A stretch of 64,000 nucleotides of DNA from an uncultured Pirellulaceae bacterium (GTDB lineage Bacteria; Planctomycetota; Planctomycetia; Pirellulales; Pirellulaceae). The notes below the pieces were generated by a model. The model was not told where the DNA came from and made no database searches. It was given only the letters and a program-made list of their open reading frames with translations. Location: contig CAYVRC010000005.1 of NCBI GenBank assembly GCA_964453205.1, positions 12,421-76,420 on the forward strand. The letters are read 5' to 3'. Shown one piece after another: positions 1-9,469 of this stretch (positions within the stretch are counted from its first letter, which is position 1; each line of letters begins with the position of its first letter). Both the position numbers and the translations under genes were made by a program.

Positions 1-1630
1 CGGCTTCCACGACCTCCGTCGCCACGATCTCACCGTCATCGGCATTCATCCATCGGGTCAGCAGAGGGCCGAGACGGTCCCATTCGTCTTGAGCCAAGAT
101 CTTGATCCGAAGCTCCTTCGGCGGAAACGTTTCCTCCGCGGGGGAGAGCACGTAAAACGCGAACCGGTAGGGAAGCTGACTCGTGAACGCGTACTTTCGG
201 ATGTGGACGGTTTCGGCAAGTCGCGAATCGATCGGCTGCGCCTCAAGTGGTGACGCCGACGGCTTTTCCGCCGGCCAACCGGCAAACGTCAAACGGAGAA
301 GCCGTCGCTTCCATCGCTCCGTCGCGTCGGTCAATTCCGCTAGCGATTCCGGCAAGTCGGCGACGTCGACTTTCGCCACAAACGATTCTTGAATGCTGGT
401 GACACGTTCGTCGGTGGGAAGCCGCTCGAAGACCTTCAACGATCCGGGCGTGAGCGATTTTTCCGCGGGCACCTGAAGGAGCGATTCGTCGTCTTTCAAA
501 AATCGGTTGAACCAACGAAACGCATGGACTCGCAATTCCTGAGTGTCTCGGTGCGGACCTTCGGTGATCTGCAGGCCTAGTTTTTCATCCGCGTCGTACA
601 ACCGATAGACGTCCCTGACGTGGCGGTGAACGTCCAACACGCCTTCCAAGGGAAACAGGTTGTCTTTGTCGCTGTTGGAAATCAGCAGCGGGCGAGGCGC
701 CACGAGCGCGGCGACTTGCGGATAGTCCCAACGAAAGCGGTTGATCATGAACATGCAATCGCAATGTCCCTCGACACAGCCGTCAACGACATAGTCGTGA
801 AGCGTCGTGATGCCGGCGACGGGAACGGCTACTCGGATCCGCTCGTCGAGGGCCGCGATCCACCAGGAATAGATGCCCCCGCCGCTCCGGCCGGTGATGC
901 CGAATCGTTGCGGATCAACCTCGGATCGGCTTTCCAGGTAATCGAGCGCGCGGATCCCGGTCCAGGCCTCGACGCCGGCCGGCGTGTAGCCTCGGTTATT
1001 CCACCACCACTGATTCAGACGGTAGGTCCCGTGGTGATCCCCCAGAAACTCGCCGCGCTGAATGGTGTCCAGAATCAGACACGCGTAACCGTGTTTGGCG
1101 AACCAGACGCCGTGGTGGTGATACGCCGTTTTGTTGCCATAGCTCGTGTCGCCATCGGCCGCCAGCGCGTGCCCGCAAACGTACAAGATCGTCGGCAGCG
1201 GATCATCGGCCCGGGCGGATCGTTCGGGTCCGGACGGCAGATAGAAGTTGGCCGCAACGTAAAGCTTCGGCAGGGGTTGAAAATGCAAACGCTCGACGCG
1301 GTAGCCCTCTTTTTCCTCGACGCCCATCACCTCCGCGTTCAGCGGCGTCCGTGGCGGCATCGGGTTCAAGCCCAGCATGTCGGCCAGTTGACGACGCATT
1401 TGGGGACGGCGTGCTTCCCAACTTTCGCGCGTCTCGTCGGGTCGAAGGACGTCTCGAGAAAGTTCCGCGGTCTGCAAACGAAAGTACTGTGCGACCAAGT
1501 CATCGCCCGAAGGATTCGGCTCCGGCTGTGACGACTGGCCGAGGGCATGTCGTCCGGACATCAGTCCCACCGACGCGCAAACCATCAGCAGTCCACACAA
1601 TCGTTCGGGTGGATTTCGAAAAAATATCAT
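1..1630 (-). CDS. alpha/beta-hydrolase (acetylxylan-esterase / S9 peptidase-like), probably exported; the C-terminus lies beyond the left window edge
   Basis: This ORF is absent from the ORF track because it has no stop in the window. My hand translation of the minus strand from ATG (1630-1628) stays open to nt 1 (543 codons). It reads MIFFRNPPERLCGLLMVCASVGLMSG... (signal-like), ...LPTILYVCGHA..., ...RFGITGRSGGGIYSWW... (G-x-S-x-G nucleophile elbow) and ...PRPLLISNSDKDNLFP.... The 303-aa + ORF 620..1531 is its antisense shadow. Confidence 0.75.
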   Translation of the reverse strand, partial: MIFFRNPPERLCGLLMVCASVGLMSGRHALGQSSQPEPNPSGDDLVAQYFRLQTAELSRDVLRPDETRESWEARRPQMRRQLADMLGLNPMPPRTPLNAEVMGVEEKEGYRVERLHFQPLPKLYVAANFYLPSGPERSARADDPLPTILYVCGHALAADGDTSYGNKTAYHHHGVWFAKHGYACLILDTIQRGEFLGDHHGTYRLNQWWWNNRGYTPAGVEAWTGIRALDYLESRSEVDPQRFGITGRSGGGIYSWWIAALDERIRVAVPVAGITTLHDYVVDGCVEGHCDCMFMINRFRWDYPQVAALVAPRPLLISNSDKDNLFPLEGVLDVHRHVRDVYRLYDADEKLGLQITEGPHRDTQELRVHAFRWFNRFLKDDESLLQVPAEKSLTPGSLKVFERLPTDERVTSIQESFVAKVDVADLPESLAELTDATERWKRRLLRLTFAGWPAEKPSASPLEAQPIDSRLAETVHIRKYAFTSQLPYRFAFYVLSPAEETFPPKELRIKILAQDEWDRLGPLLTRWMNADDGEIVATEVVEA

Positions 1631-1798
1631 GTCGCCGTTCTCATGTTCCAGAGGCCCCGGTTCGTCTTTGCTTCGAAGACAAGGGAAATTGCCGCTTCGA
1701 TTGTAACAGTCGATCGGGTCAACCACGTGCCCACCGAAGACGAGCCCTTTGACAAGCCGCGCGCGGCCGTGGACGACGACCATCCCTGTGTGACGAAG

Positions 1799-2959
1799 CT
1801 AGCCCGAGCGTCGTACGGCTTCGTCGATCGCGTCACGTATTTGTCGCGCCGCCGTTTCAGCGGTTTGATCGACGACCGAGTGCCGTGCCCGGTGACGCAT
1901 GGCCAAACGTGCTTCGGCGTTCGTGTTCGCCCACGCCAGGACCGACGCTCGAAGCGATTCGGACCCGTGCGGATCATAGACCCAACCGTTGACGCCGTCG
2001 CGAATCAGTGTCGTGCAAGCCTGAGCGAACCGGCTGCCGATGACGACCAAACCGGAATGCAAGGCTTCGTCGACGACCAAACCCCATTCGTCGCCCAGGG
2101 TCGGAAACAGCATCACCTGGTGGTCGCGATACGCTCGGCGGATTTGTCCGGCGTCGCAGTTGCCCGAAAAATCAACTGTCAGGTTCTCAGGCGTCTTCGC
2201 GGATTTCATTGGATCAAGAAGCGGTCCACCGCCGAACAGTGTCCAGTGAATCCGCAGCTTCGGCACTTCGCTTGCCATCGCGATCAAGTCTTGCAGCGCT
2301 TCCGTCACGCCCTTGCGCTCGATCAATTGCCCGACCGTGAGCAAGCAAACTCGCCCGTCGTCGGACGGCACGATTGGTCCGCGATAAATCTTCTCGGGGT
2401 CGGCCGCGTAGTTCCACGGATACAGTTTGTCCGTCGGCACGCCCAGGTCCGACAAAAAATCTCGGCCACTCGGTCCGTTGAACGTGACCAAATCGGCACG
2501 ACGTAAAAGTCGTCGACGTTGAAAGTCACGCAGTCGGCCACGCCGACTCGCTTCGATGTGCTGCGAAGTGTTGACCGCGATGATGTGTCGGCACCGCCCG
2601 TTAAGTCTTCGATACGCCGCGGCAATCATTGACCGCGCGCCCAATTCGGTGGACACGATCACGTCGGGTCGCCGGCGGCGGAGTTGTGAAAACGTATCGA
2701 GGGGAAGGTGGACGTAGTTGACGTCTCGGTATCCCGAGGGATGCCGGTCGGTGCGAGTCATGGTCCAAGTCTTTTGCACCCGCACGTTCAGGCCTTGTTC
2801 GTCAGGTGTCCAGCTACGATTGCCTTCCATGGGGACCGATACCAAAATCGTCAAGTCATCAGCGGCCGCCGACCAGTGTCGACAAATATCAACAATGTCT
2901 GGCGATAGGAAGTTGGTCAGATAGACGATTCGCTTGGCGGCGGTTGCCGTTCGATCCAT
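1799..2959 (-). CDS. glycosyltransferase, GT-B fold (family 1/GT4-like)
   Basis: ORF 1799..3067 is trimmed to the ATG at 2959-2957 (MDRTATAAKRIVYLTNF...), because the upstream gene's TGA (2961-2959) overlaps it (TGATG). GT4-type motifs are LLTVGQLIERKGV, LFGGGP and FPTLGDEWGLVVDEALHSGLVVIGS (E-x7-E region). Confidence 0.8.
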   Translation of the reverse strand: MDRTATAAKRIVYLTNFLSPDIVDICRHWSAAADDLTILVSVPMEGNRSWTPDEQGLNVRVQKTWTMTRTDRHPSGYRDVNYVHLPLDTFSQLRRRRPDVIVSTELGARSMIAAAYRRLNGRCRHIIAVNTSQHIEASRRGRLRDFQRRRLLRRADLVTFNGPSGRDFLSDLGVPTDKLYPWNYAADPEKIYRGPIVPSDDGRVCLLTVGQLIERKGVTEALQDLIAMASEVPKLRIHWTLFGGGPLLDPMKSAKTPENLTVDFSGNCDAGQIRRAYRDHQVMLFPTLGDEWGLVVDEALHSGLVVIGSRFAQACTTLIRDGVNGWVYDPHGSESLRASVLAWANTNAEARLAMRHRARHSVVDQTAETAARQIRDAIDEAVRRSG

Positions 2960-4272
2960 CACGCCATTTCCACGGGTGCGGTGACCTGAGCGAGCGTTGC
3001 CGGCAGAAGATTTCGGCTGTGTGACAGGATCGGATAAAACGTGCACGCCAACCACAGCAGCGTGCAAGGTCCGGGGAACGTTTCCAGGATCGTGTCTTCC
3101 ATCAAACAGCTGAGCAACAGGAACGTGGACAGACCGCTGATCAACCGGTGGGAGCTGAGCAGCGCCGTGGCGAGGTTCCAGATCAGCAACGTGATCATCA
3201 AAACGCCGGCCAACACACCGCCGGCCAACGAAGCGTGCAGCACCGCGTTGTGGGTCGCTTGCGAATGATTAATCAACAAGGTCGGTGCGGCGTTGAACCC
3301 GTGTCCGATGGTCGGACGCTCGCGAATCAAGTCGGCCGCGTAACTCCAGATCTCCGAACGCCCGGTGCCGCTGGTGATCTCCTCCAAGTCACCGCTCTTG
3401 GTGATCTTCGAAAGCACGGCTTCGACCAAACGTTCCTCTTGGCCGATCGCGAACAAACCTGCCACACCGATCAATCCCGCCAACCCTGTGGCGACCATGA
3501 CCGACGCGCCGAACCGGGTCGTCAGCCGATCGATGAACAGCACGCCGATCGCGATGACTCCCGAAAACAGCACGGTTCGGCTCCACGCCAAATAAGCCGC
3601 CAAAGCCAACGGAACGCAAATCGCGATCGTCTTTTTCGCATCGAACTTGCCGACGCGATACAAATAGAGACAAAGCAACAAACCGATCATCGCCGAGCGA
3701 CTGACGGCGTTGGGATGTCCCATTCCGCCCAGACGCTCAATGACGACGCCGCCGGGCAACTTTTCAGGAAAAACTCCGTACCGTGGCAGCCACAAATACA
3801 GCCCCCACGCTCCGACAGTGGTTGCCGCGACACCGAAAAGTGTGGCCGTCGCGATGCCCCGCACACCGAGTCCGGCCAGGGCGGTCGCCGCGAAACCGAC
3901 GTACGCGATGTTGATCAAAGTCGTCGGCAAGGAGCTGCCCGTCACGGCGGTCGGCGCGGCTAGCAACACAAGCGCCAAGATGCCGAGCACCAACATCGCC
4001 GGAACGGACTGCAAGACGTCCCGCACACGCCCGCAGCTGAGGACGCCCCACACCGCCAGCCCCGTCGCCATCCCGGACACGATCAATTTCATCATGACGT
4101 ACGGATCCAAACCGACGGTCATCAACGCCCCGTCGGCCGAGATATCCAGCGGTCCGAAGAAAACCGTCAAGGCCGTGGCCACCCACAAAACCCGTCGCAA
4201 CCCGCCCTCGGCGATGCCCGTCTCCAGTCGCGTCGGATCGGCGGGCGTAGGCTCGTTCAAGGACGACATCAT
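2959..4272 (-). CDS. O-antigen ligase/polymerase-like (Wzy_C-type) polytopic membrane protein
   Basis: The protein has at least 10 hydrophobic segments and a loop NHSQATHNAVLHASLAGGVLAGV resembling the O-antigen ligase domain. It is translationally coupled to the downstream glycosyltransferase. The start is uncertain. I prefer MMSSLNEPT (4272); the ORF track start at 4449 adds a basic, non-membrane leader. Confidence 0.6.
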   Translation of the reverse strand: MMSSLNEPTPADPTRLETGIAEGGLRRVLWVATALTVFFGPLDISADGALMTVGLDPYVMMKLIVSGMATGLAVWGVLSCGRVRDVLQSVPAMLVLGILALVLLAAPTAVTGSSLPTTLINIAYVGFAATALAGLGVRGIATATLFGVAATTVGAWGLYLWLPRYGVFPEKLPGGVVIERLGGMGHPNAVSRSAMIGLLLCLYLYRVGKFDAKKTIAICVPLALAAYLAWSRTVLFSGVIAIGVLFIDRLTTRFGASVMVATGLAGLIGVAGLFAIGQEERLVEAVLSKITKSGDLEEITSGTGRSEIWSYAADLIRERPTIGHGFNAAPTLLINHSQATHNAVLHASLAGGVLAGVLMITLLIWNLATALLSSHRLISGLSTFLLLSCLMEDTILETFPGPCTLLWLACTFYPILSHSRNLLPATLAQVTAPVEMA

Positions 4273-4577
4273 CGCGGACAAAACAATCGGTGACGGGTCA
4301 GAAAACGATCGCCGGAATGGCGAATCCACGAGGGGGAAGGCGAGACCGGCGTCCCGCGCGGGGGGCGGCAAGGCCGGGACAACAAGCGGCGACCAGGTGT
4401 CGCGTCCCTTGGAGGCCGTTCCACCCGGTCGCATTTTAATCCGCGACACCTCAAAAATCAGGCGGTCACGTCGACACGGCGAAAGGGAACCTTCCGCGTC
4501 GTCGCTGCGACCCCTAGAATCCGACCTTCGTGAACCATCCTTCCTTTCAATCGCCTTTGAAGACCTTCGCCAATTTT

Positions 4578-5705
4578 ATGAGCGCCACCGCTACCCAGCC
4601 CGACGCCGCCCAAAAACGCGTGTTCAACTTTTCTGCCGGCCCGGCCGTGTTGCCCGAACCGGTCCTTCGCGAAGTCCGGGACGAGATGATGTGCCTGCCC
4701 GGCGCGGGAGCCTCGCTGTTGGAGATCAGCCACCGGGACAAACGGTTCGTCGAGATTCTGCACGAGGCCCAAGCCACGATCCGCGAACTGCTGGGCATCG
4801 GCGACGATTTCGAAGTCTTGTTCGTCCAAGGCGGCGCGGCGCTTCAGTTTTCGATGATCCCGGCCAACCTGCTCAGGGGCAGCGGAAAAACGGCCGAGTA
4901 CCTGATCACGGGAGCCTGGGGCAAGAAAGCGCTCAAGGAAGCGAAAAAGGAAGGCGCCGCGAATTCAATCTTTGACGCCGCCGAAAGCAACTACAACCAC
5001 GTCCCCGCCGCCACGGACTACCAAGTTTCACCGGATGCCGCTTATCTGTATTACTGCAGCAACGAAACGATCCAAGGCGTCCAGTTTCCCCGTGAACCGG
5101 AATGCCCGAGCGGCGTGCCGTTGATCAGTGACGCATCGAGTGATTTCCTTTGTCGGCCGCTGGACATGGCGAAGTACGGTTTGCTGTACGCTTGCGCCCA
5201 AAAGAACGCCGGCCCGGCGGGCGTGACCGTCGTGATCATGAAAAAGGAATTGGTCGATCGCGGCAGCGAAGATCTGCCCGGTTATCTGTACTACAAAAAT
5301 CACGCGGATAACGATTCGGAATGGAACACGCCGCCGACGTTCGCGATTTACTTCCTCGGCAAAGTCGCCAAGTGGCTTCGCGACGACATCGGCGGCCTGT
5401 CGGCGATGGAGACGATCAATCGCCAAAAATCCGACATGCTGTACGACGTCATCGACGCCAGCAACGGGTTCTATCGCGGTCATGCCACACCCGAATCGCG
5501 ATCATTGATGAACGTGACGTTCAACCTGCCGAGCGACGAACTGCAGGCCAAGTTCATCGCCGAAGCCGCCACGCATGACTTGGCCGCCCTGAAAGGTCAC
5601 CGCAGCGTCGGCGGCATCCGCGCCAGCATCTACAACGCGATGCCCGTTCAAGGTGCCGAAACCTTGGCCGGTTTCATGAAAGACTTTGCCAAAACCAACG
5701 GCTAG
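4578..5705 (+). CDS. serC: 3-phosphoserine aminotransferase
   Basis: Motifs are VFNFSAGPAVLPEPVL, FVQGGAALQFSMIPANLL, NETIQGVQF and the C-terminal HRSVGGIRASIYNAMP. The start is trimmed to MSATATQ (4578); ORF track start is 4530. Confidence 0.9.
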   Translation: MSATATQPDAAQKRVFNFSAGPAVLPEPVLREVRDEMMCLPGAGASLLEISHRDKRFVEILHEAQATIRELLGIGDDFEVLFVQGGAALQFSMIPANLLRGSGKTAEYLITGAWGKKALKEAKKEGAANSIFDAAESNYNHVPAATDYQVSPDAAYLYYCSNETIQGVQFPREPECPSGVPLISDASSDFLCRPLDMAKYGLLYACAQKNAGPAGVTVVIMKKELVDRGSEDLPGYLYYKNHADNDSEWNTPPTFAIYFLGKVAKWLRDDIGGLSAMETINRQKSDMLYDVIDASNGFYRGHATPESRSLMNVTFNLPSDELQAKFIAEAATHDLAALKGHRSVGGIRASIYNAMPVQGAETLAGFMKDFAKTNG

Positions 5706-5766
5706 TCGAACGCCCCGCCGCCCGGCTGGCGCTTTCTCCCCCACCCAAGATTTATCACCGCTCCTT

Positions 5767-6933
5767 ATGTACAAAATCCTGACTCTCAACAACATTTCGG
5801 TCAAAGGTTTAAAGCGTCTTCCCCAGGATCGTTTCGAAATCGCTTCGGAGTTCACCCATCCCGACGCGGTCCTGTTGCGATCGTTCAAAATGCACGACAT
5901 GGAAATTCCCGCCACCGTGGCGGCGATCGGCCGCGCCGGCGCGGGAGTCAACAACATTCCCGTCGAAAAAATGACCGCCCGAGGCGTGCCGGTGTTCAAC
6001 GCGCCCGGTGCGAACGCGAACGCCGTCAAAGAACTGGTGCTGGCGGGTTTGTTGATGGCGTCGCGGAACATCGCGCCGGCGATGCAGTTCGCCGCGACGC
6101 TCCAAGGTGACGACGCGACGATCAGCAAAGAAGTCGAAGCGGGAAAGAAAAATTACGTCGGCAACGAACTGCCGTCCAAAACGCTCGGCGTGATCGGCTT
6201 GGGCGCGATCGGCGTCCGCGTCGCCAACGCCGCTTCCGCCCTGGGCATGAAAGTCGTCGGCTACGATCCGCTGATCAGCGTCGAAAGTGCTTGGAAACTC
6301 TCGCGACGAACCGAGCAAGCGGTCAGCTTGGATCACCTTTTCAGCCGCTGCGATTACGTCACCGTCCACGTGCCCCTGATCGATGCGACCAAAAAATTGG
6401 TCAGCGCCGAACGGATCAAGATGATGCCCGCCGGTGGCATCATCGTGAACTTGGCTCGCGGAGGCATCTGTGACGACGACGCCGTGTTGGCCGCCTTGGA
6501 TTCCGGACACCTGCACAGCTATGTCATCGACTTTCCGACCGGACGACTGCTCGGACACGAGAAAGTCATCTCGTTTCCGCACTTGGGTGCGTCGACCGGG
6601 GAAGCCGAAGAGAACTGCGCGATCATGGTCGCCGACCAAGTCCGCGATTTTTTGGAGGAAGGCACGATTCGCAATTCGGTGAACTTTCCCGAAGCGGTGA
6701 TGCCGCGCTCCGGCGGCAAACGGATCACGATCGCCAATGCCAACGTGCCCAACATGGTCGGTCAGATTTCCACCATCCTCGCCACCGCCGGTTTGAACAT
6801 CGCCGACCTGTTGAACAAATCTCGCGGCGAAGTCGCTTACACCATCATCGATGTCGATGACGACGTCGACGCATCGGTCATCGAAGCGATCCGGAAAATC
6901 GAAGGCGTCCTCGCGGTCCGCTTGCTCGCTTGA
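5767..6933 (+). CDS. serA: D-3-phosphoglycerate dehydrogenase with C-terminal ACT domain
   Basis: The start is MYKILTLNNIS (ATG 5767). It has an NAD-binding motif GVIGLGAIGVRVA, the D-2-hydroxyacid dehydrogenase core NLARGGICDDDA...FPHLGAST, and an ACT-like tail ITIANANVPNMVGQISTILATAGLNIADL. It lies directly downstream of serC. Confidence 0.88.
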   Translation: MYKILTLNNISVKGLKRLPQDRFEIASEFTHPDAVLLRSFKMHDMEIPATVAAIGRAGAGVNNIPVEKMTARGVPVFNAPGANANAVKELVLAGLLMASRNIAPAMQFAATLQGDDATISKEVEAGKKNYVGNELPSKTLGVIGLGAIGVRVANAASALGMKVVGYDPLISVESAWKLSRRTEQAVSLDHLFSRCDYVTVHVPLIDATKKLVSAERIKMMPAGGIIVNLARGGICDDDAVLAALDSGHLHSYVIDFPTGRLLGHEKVISFPHLGASTGEAEENCAIMVADQVRDFLEEGTIRNSVNFPEAVMPRSGGKRITIANANVPNMVGQISTILATAGLNIADLLNKSRGEVAYTIIDVDDDVDASVIEAIRKIEGVLAVRLLA

Positions 6934-6943
6934 CGCCGTCCGC

Positions 6944-8443
6944 TCACTTGTCGGTTTCCGCGGGAACGTATTGCCGGGCGACTCGGCGACGAAACGCTTG
7001 ATCTCGGAAAGGATCATCGGTTCGGGCTTGCCAATCTTGAAGCGCCGACTTCAGTCGCGATTCCTCCGCGACGACCGACGGATCGCCGCTCAGGTTCATG
7101 CCTTCGTGCGGATCCGATTGTAAATCGTAGAACTCCCACTGCGGAGGATCCGACAACCGGGCGTAAAGAGCATGGGCGGGATGATCCTCGGGCAGCTTCG
7201 CTGATTCACGGCTGGACGGATCACCGTCGACCCGAACGATGGGCCGACCCACGCTGTCGCCGAGTCGGTGGATCAACTTGTAGCGACCGTCGGTGATCGC
7301 CCGCGTCGGATGAAACGAACTCGCACCATGAAAATGAAATTCACCGACCAGTGACGTTCGCCAAATCGACGTGTCGCCCGGCCTGATCGAATTGTCAGCT
7401 CGGGCGATCGGCCTGATGGATTTGCCTTGCACATTCTCGGGGATCGAGAGACCGACGGCATCAAACACGGTGGGAGCAATGTCCACCGCGCTGACCAATT
7501 TCTCGGAGACATGGGGCTCGGTGACCAAGGGCCAGTCGACCAAGAACGGGACTCGCAGACCGGCTTCGTAGCAGGTCGTCTTGCCGCGCGAGAACGGCGG
7601 ACCGTGATCTCCCAAAAAGATCACCAAGGTCCGATCACGCTGCCCGGTTTCTTCCAACGATCGCACCAACAGGCCCACGGCCGCATCGACACGCTGCACA
7701 CAGTTGTAATAGCCGGCGATCCGCTTTCGCATCACCGGCGTGTCCACGCCCTGCCATGGCCAAGCGTCGACATCCTCCGGCCCGATCGGTGACTCGGGGA
7801 TCCCATCGACCACGTCAGGAAACGCGGGCTGTCCCTCGGCCGCCCTGCCGTTCACGTGCGGGTCAAAAACGTTGAACATCAGGAACCACGGCTGGTCTCG
7901 GTCGATTCGCCAAAAGGATTCAGCGAAAGCAATCTGTTTGCGAATCTCGCGGGTGCCAAACCCCTGCTTTTGATGTTCGTCGAAAGCAAACTCGGATTCA
8001 GGATTGACGTGCAGTTTGCCGATCACACCGGTGCGATAGCCGGCTTGTTTCAGCCGATTGGGGATCGACTGCTCGATGATCTCCTGCTTCGCACGAAAAC
8101 CGACACCCGCATTGGCAAGTCCGTATTGACCGTTGGAATGCGGATACAATCCCGTCAACATGGCCGACCGTGACGAACTGCAAGACGCCTGGGCGACGTA
8201 GGCCGTCTGAAATCGCACGCTCCGGCTTGCCAACGCATCCAAATGAGGTGTCGGCACCGTCTTGTCGCCGTAGCAGTTCAACTGGATCCCGAGGTCATCG
8301 GACGTTATCAGCAAGACGTTCAACGGACTCTCGGCGACGCCGGACTGTGAAAGCCAAGCGACGGACAGCCACAAACCGACAACGAAACCGGGCAAGCCAG
8401 AACGATCCCGTCCACTTTTCGACGCACACGTCACTTTCATCAT
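6944..8443 (-). CDS. S1-family sulfatase (N-sulfoglucosamine sulfohydrolase-like) with non-canonical C-S-S-S-R active-site motif
   Basis: It has a signal peptide, then LLITSDDLG, QASCSSSRSAMLTGLYPHSNG, IGKLHV and FLGDHGPPF. The Cys codon is at 8182-8180 and the Arg codon at 8170-8168. Confidence 0.85.
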   Translation of the reverse strand: MMKVTCASKSGRDRSGLPGFVVGLWLSVAWLSQSGVAESPLNVLLITSDDLGIQLNCYGDKTVPTPHLDALASRSVRFQTAYVAQASCSSSRSAMLTGLYPHSNGQYGLANAGVGFRAKQEIIEQSIPNRLKQAGYRTGVIGKLHVNPESEFAFDEHQKQGFGTREIRKQIAFAESFWRIDRDQPWFLMFNVFDPHVNGRAAEGQPAFPDVVDGIPESPIGPEDVDAWPWQGVDTPVMRKRIAGYYNCVQRVDAAVGLLVRSLEETGQRDRTLVIFLGDHGPPFSRGKTTCYEAGLRVPFLVDWPLVTEPHVSEKLVSAVDIAPTVFDAVGLSIPENVQGKSIRPIARADNSIRPGDTSIWRTSLVGEFHFHGASSFHPTRAITDGRYKLIHRLGDSVGRPIVRVDGDPSSRESAKLPEDHPAHALYARLSDPPQWEFYDLQSDPHEGMNLSGDPSVVAEESRLKSALQDWQARTDDPFRDQAFRRRVARQYVPAETDK

Positions 8444-8494
8444 TATTCTTTCCTCTTGTTTTAAACCGTCGACCGTCGCATCACGGCCATCGCG

Positions 8495-9469
8495 TCACGG
8501 AAGCTTGACTCGCGAGATCTGACCATTCTGTCCCGCGACGGCCACGGTGCCGTCGTGGGGATGGACGGCGACCGCGTAGGCCCAGTCTTCGATGCCGGGC
8601 AAGGTACCGGTCAGTTCCGCCGTGTCGGGATCGATCAAGCGAACCTTTCCGTCACGGCAACCCGCGACGATTCGCGATCCGTCCGTCGTCCATGCGATGC
8701 ACAAAGGGGTCGATTCCAATCTTGCGAAGCGGACGAGTCGGCCGATCGTCGGTTGCCAAAAGCGAATCGTGCGGTCCTCGCCGGCTGATGCGATCATCGG
8801 TAAACCCCCGACGTTCGGCCGCGTCGCCAAGGCGTGAACGGGTTGTGTGTGATTGTTCAAGCTGCGAAGCAGTTCGCCCGAAACGGAATTCCAGACTCGC
8901 AAGTTCTGGTCGATGCCGCCGCTGACCAAAATCTTGTCGTCGTTCAGATTGCAAAGCGAGGTGACGCCACGGGAATGACCGACCCAGGGATCGAAGGTTC
9001 CCTCGTTTCGCAAATCCCGACGCAACAGACTGTGATCCAGACTGGCCGAAACGAACGTATCCTTTTCAAGCCAAACGATGTCCGTGACCGTGTCGTCATG
9101 GCGGTCGGAACGATCGATCGAATCCCCGTCGGGCCAGGAAAAAATCTCGATGCCTCCAAAGTCCGCCGGAGAACCGCCGCCGACGGCCAAGCGATCGTGC
9201 GACGGCGAAAACGTCAGGCAGTGAATCGTCGGCAGCCTGACCGTCAAAGTTTTTTTCAACTGCCGCTGCGGCCAATCGAACACCCGCAGCCCCGCTTGCG
9301 AGCCCACCAACAACGAATCGCCGGTCGCATCGAACGCCATCGCGGTGACGGGCGGCCGGACCGCATCGGCCGTTTCCGCGATCACCCCCGACGGCCAAAC
9401 GGACAGCAAAAACACGAGCACCACAGACGGGTTGCCGACGATCCGCGGGTAGCGGCAAGACGAAATCAC
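8495..9469 (-). CDS. WD40/beta-propeller repeat protein, exported
   Basis: The N-terminus is hydrophobic (VVLVFLLSVWPSGVIA). WD-like blades include SGGIDQNLRVWN, SAGEDRTIRFWQ and AGCRDGKVRLID. The GTG start overlaps the stop of the upstream DUF1501 gene (GTGA, 9466-9469). Confidence 0.75.
   Translation of the reverse strand: MISSCRYPRIVGNPSVVLVFLLSVWPSGVIAETADAVRPPVTAMAFDATGDSLLVGSQAGLRVFDWPQRQLKKTLTVRLPTIHCLTFSPSHDRLAVGGGSPADFGGIEIFSWPDGDSIDRSDRHDDTVTDIVWLEKDTFVSASLDHSLLRRDLRNEGTFDPWVGHSRGVTSLCNLNDDKILVSGGIDQNLRVWNSVSGELLRSLNNHTQPVHALATRPNVGGLPMIASAGEDRTIRFWQPTIGRLVRFARLESTPLCIAWTTDGSRIVAGCRDGKVRLIDPDTAELTGTLPGIEDWAYAVAVHPHDGTVAVAGQNGQISRVKLP

Noticed and set aside
620-1531. 303-aa + strand ORF
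   Set aside because: It is Arg/Gly/Val-rich with no recognisable motifs. It lies exactly antisense to a motif-bearing alpha/beta-hydrolase frame that stays open from 1630 to the window edge. It is a high-GC shadow ORF.
3041-4975. Several + strand ORFs (75-421 aa, e.g. 3148..3963 and 3710..4975) opposite the O-antigen-ligase-like gene
   Set aside because: The composition is typical of an antisense frame (R/P/G/S-rich, no TM or domain pattern). The minus-strand frame encodes a coherent polytopic membrane protein.
5809-7017. 402-aa minus-strand ORF covering serA
   Set aside because: It is antisense to a gene with clear D-3-phosphoglycerate dehydrogenase motifs. The product is low-complexity and D/R/G-rich.
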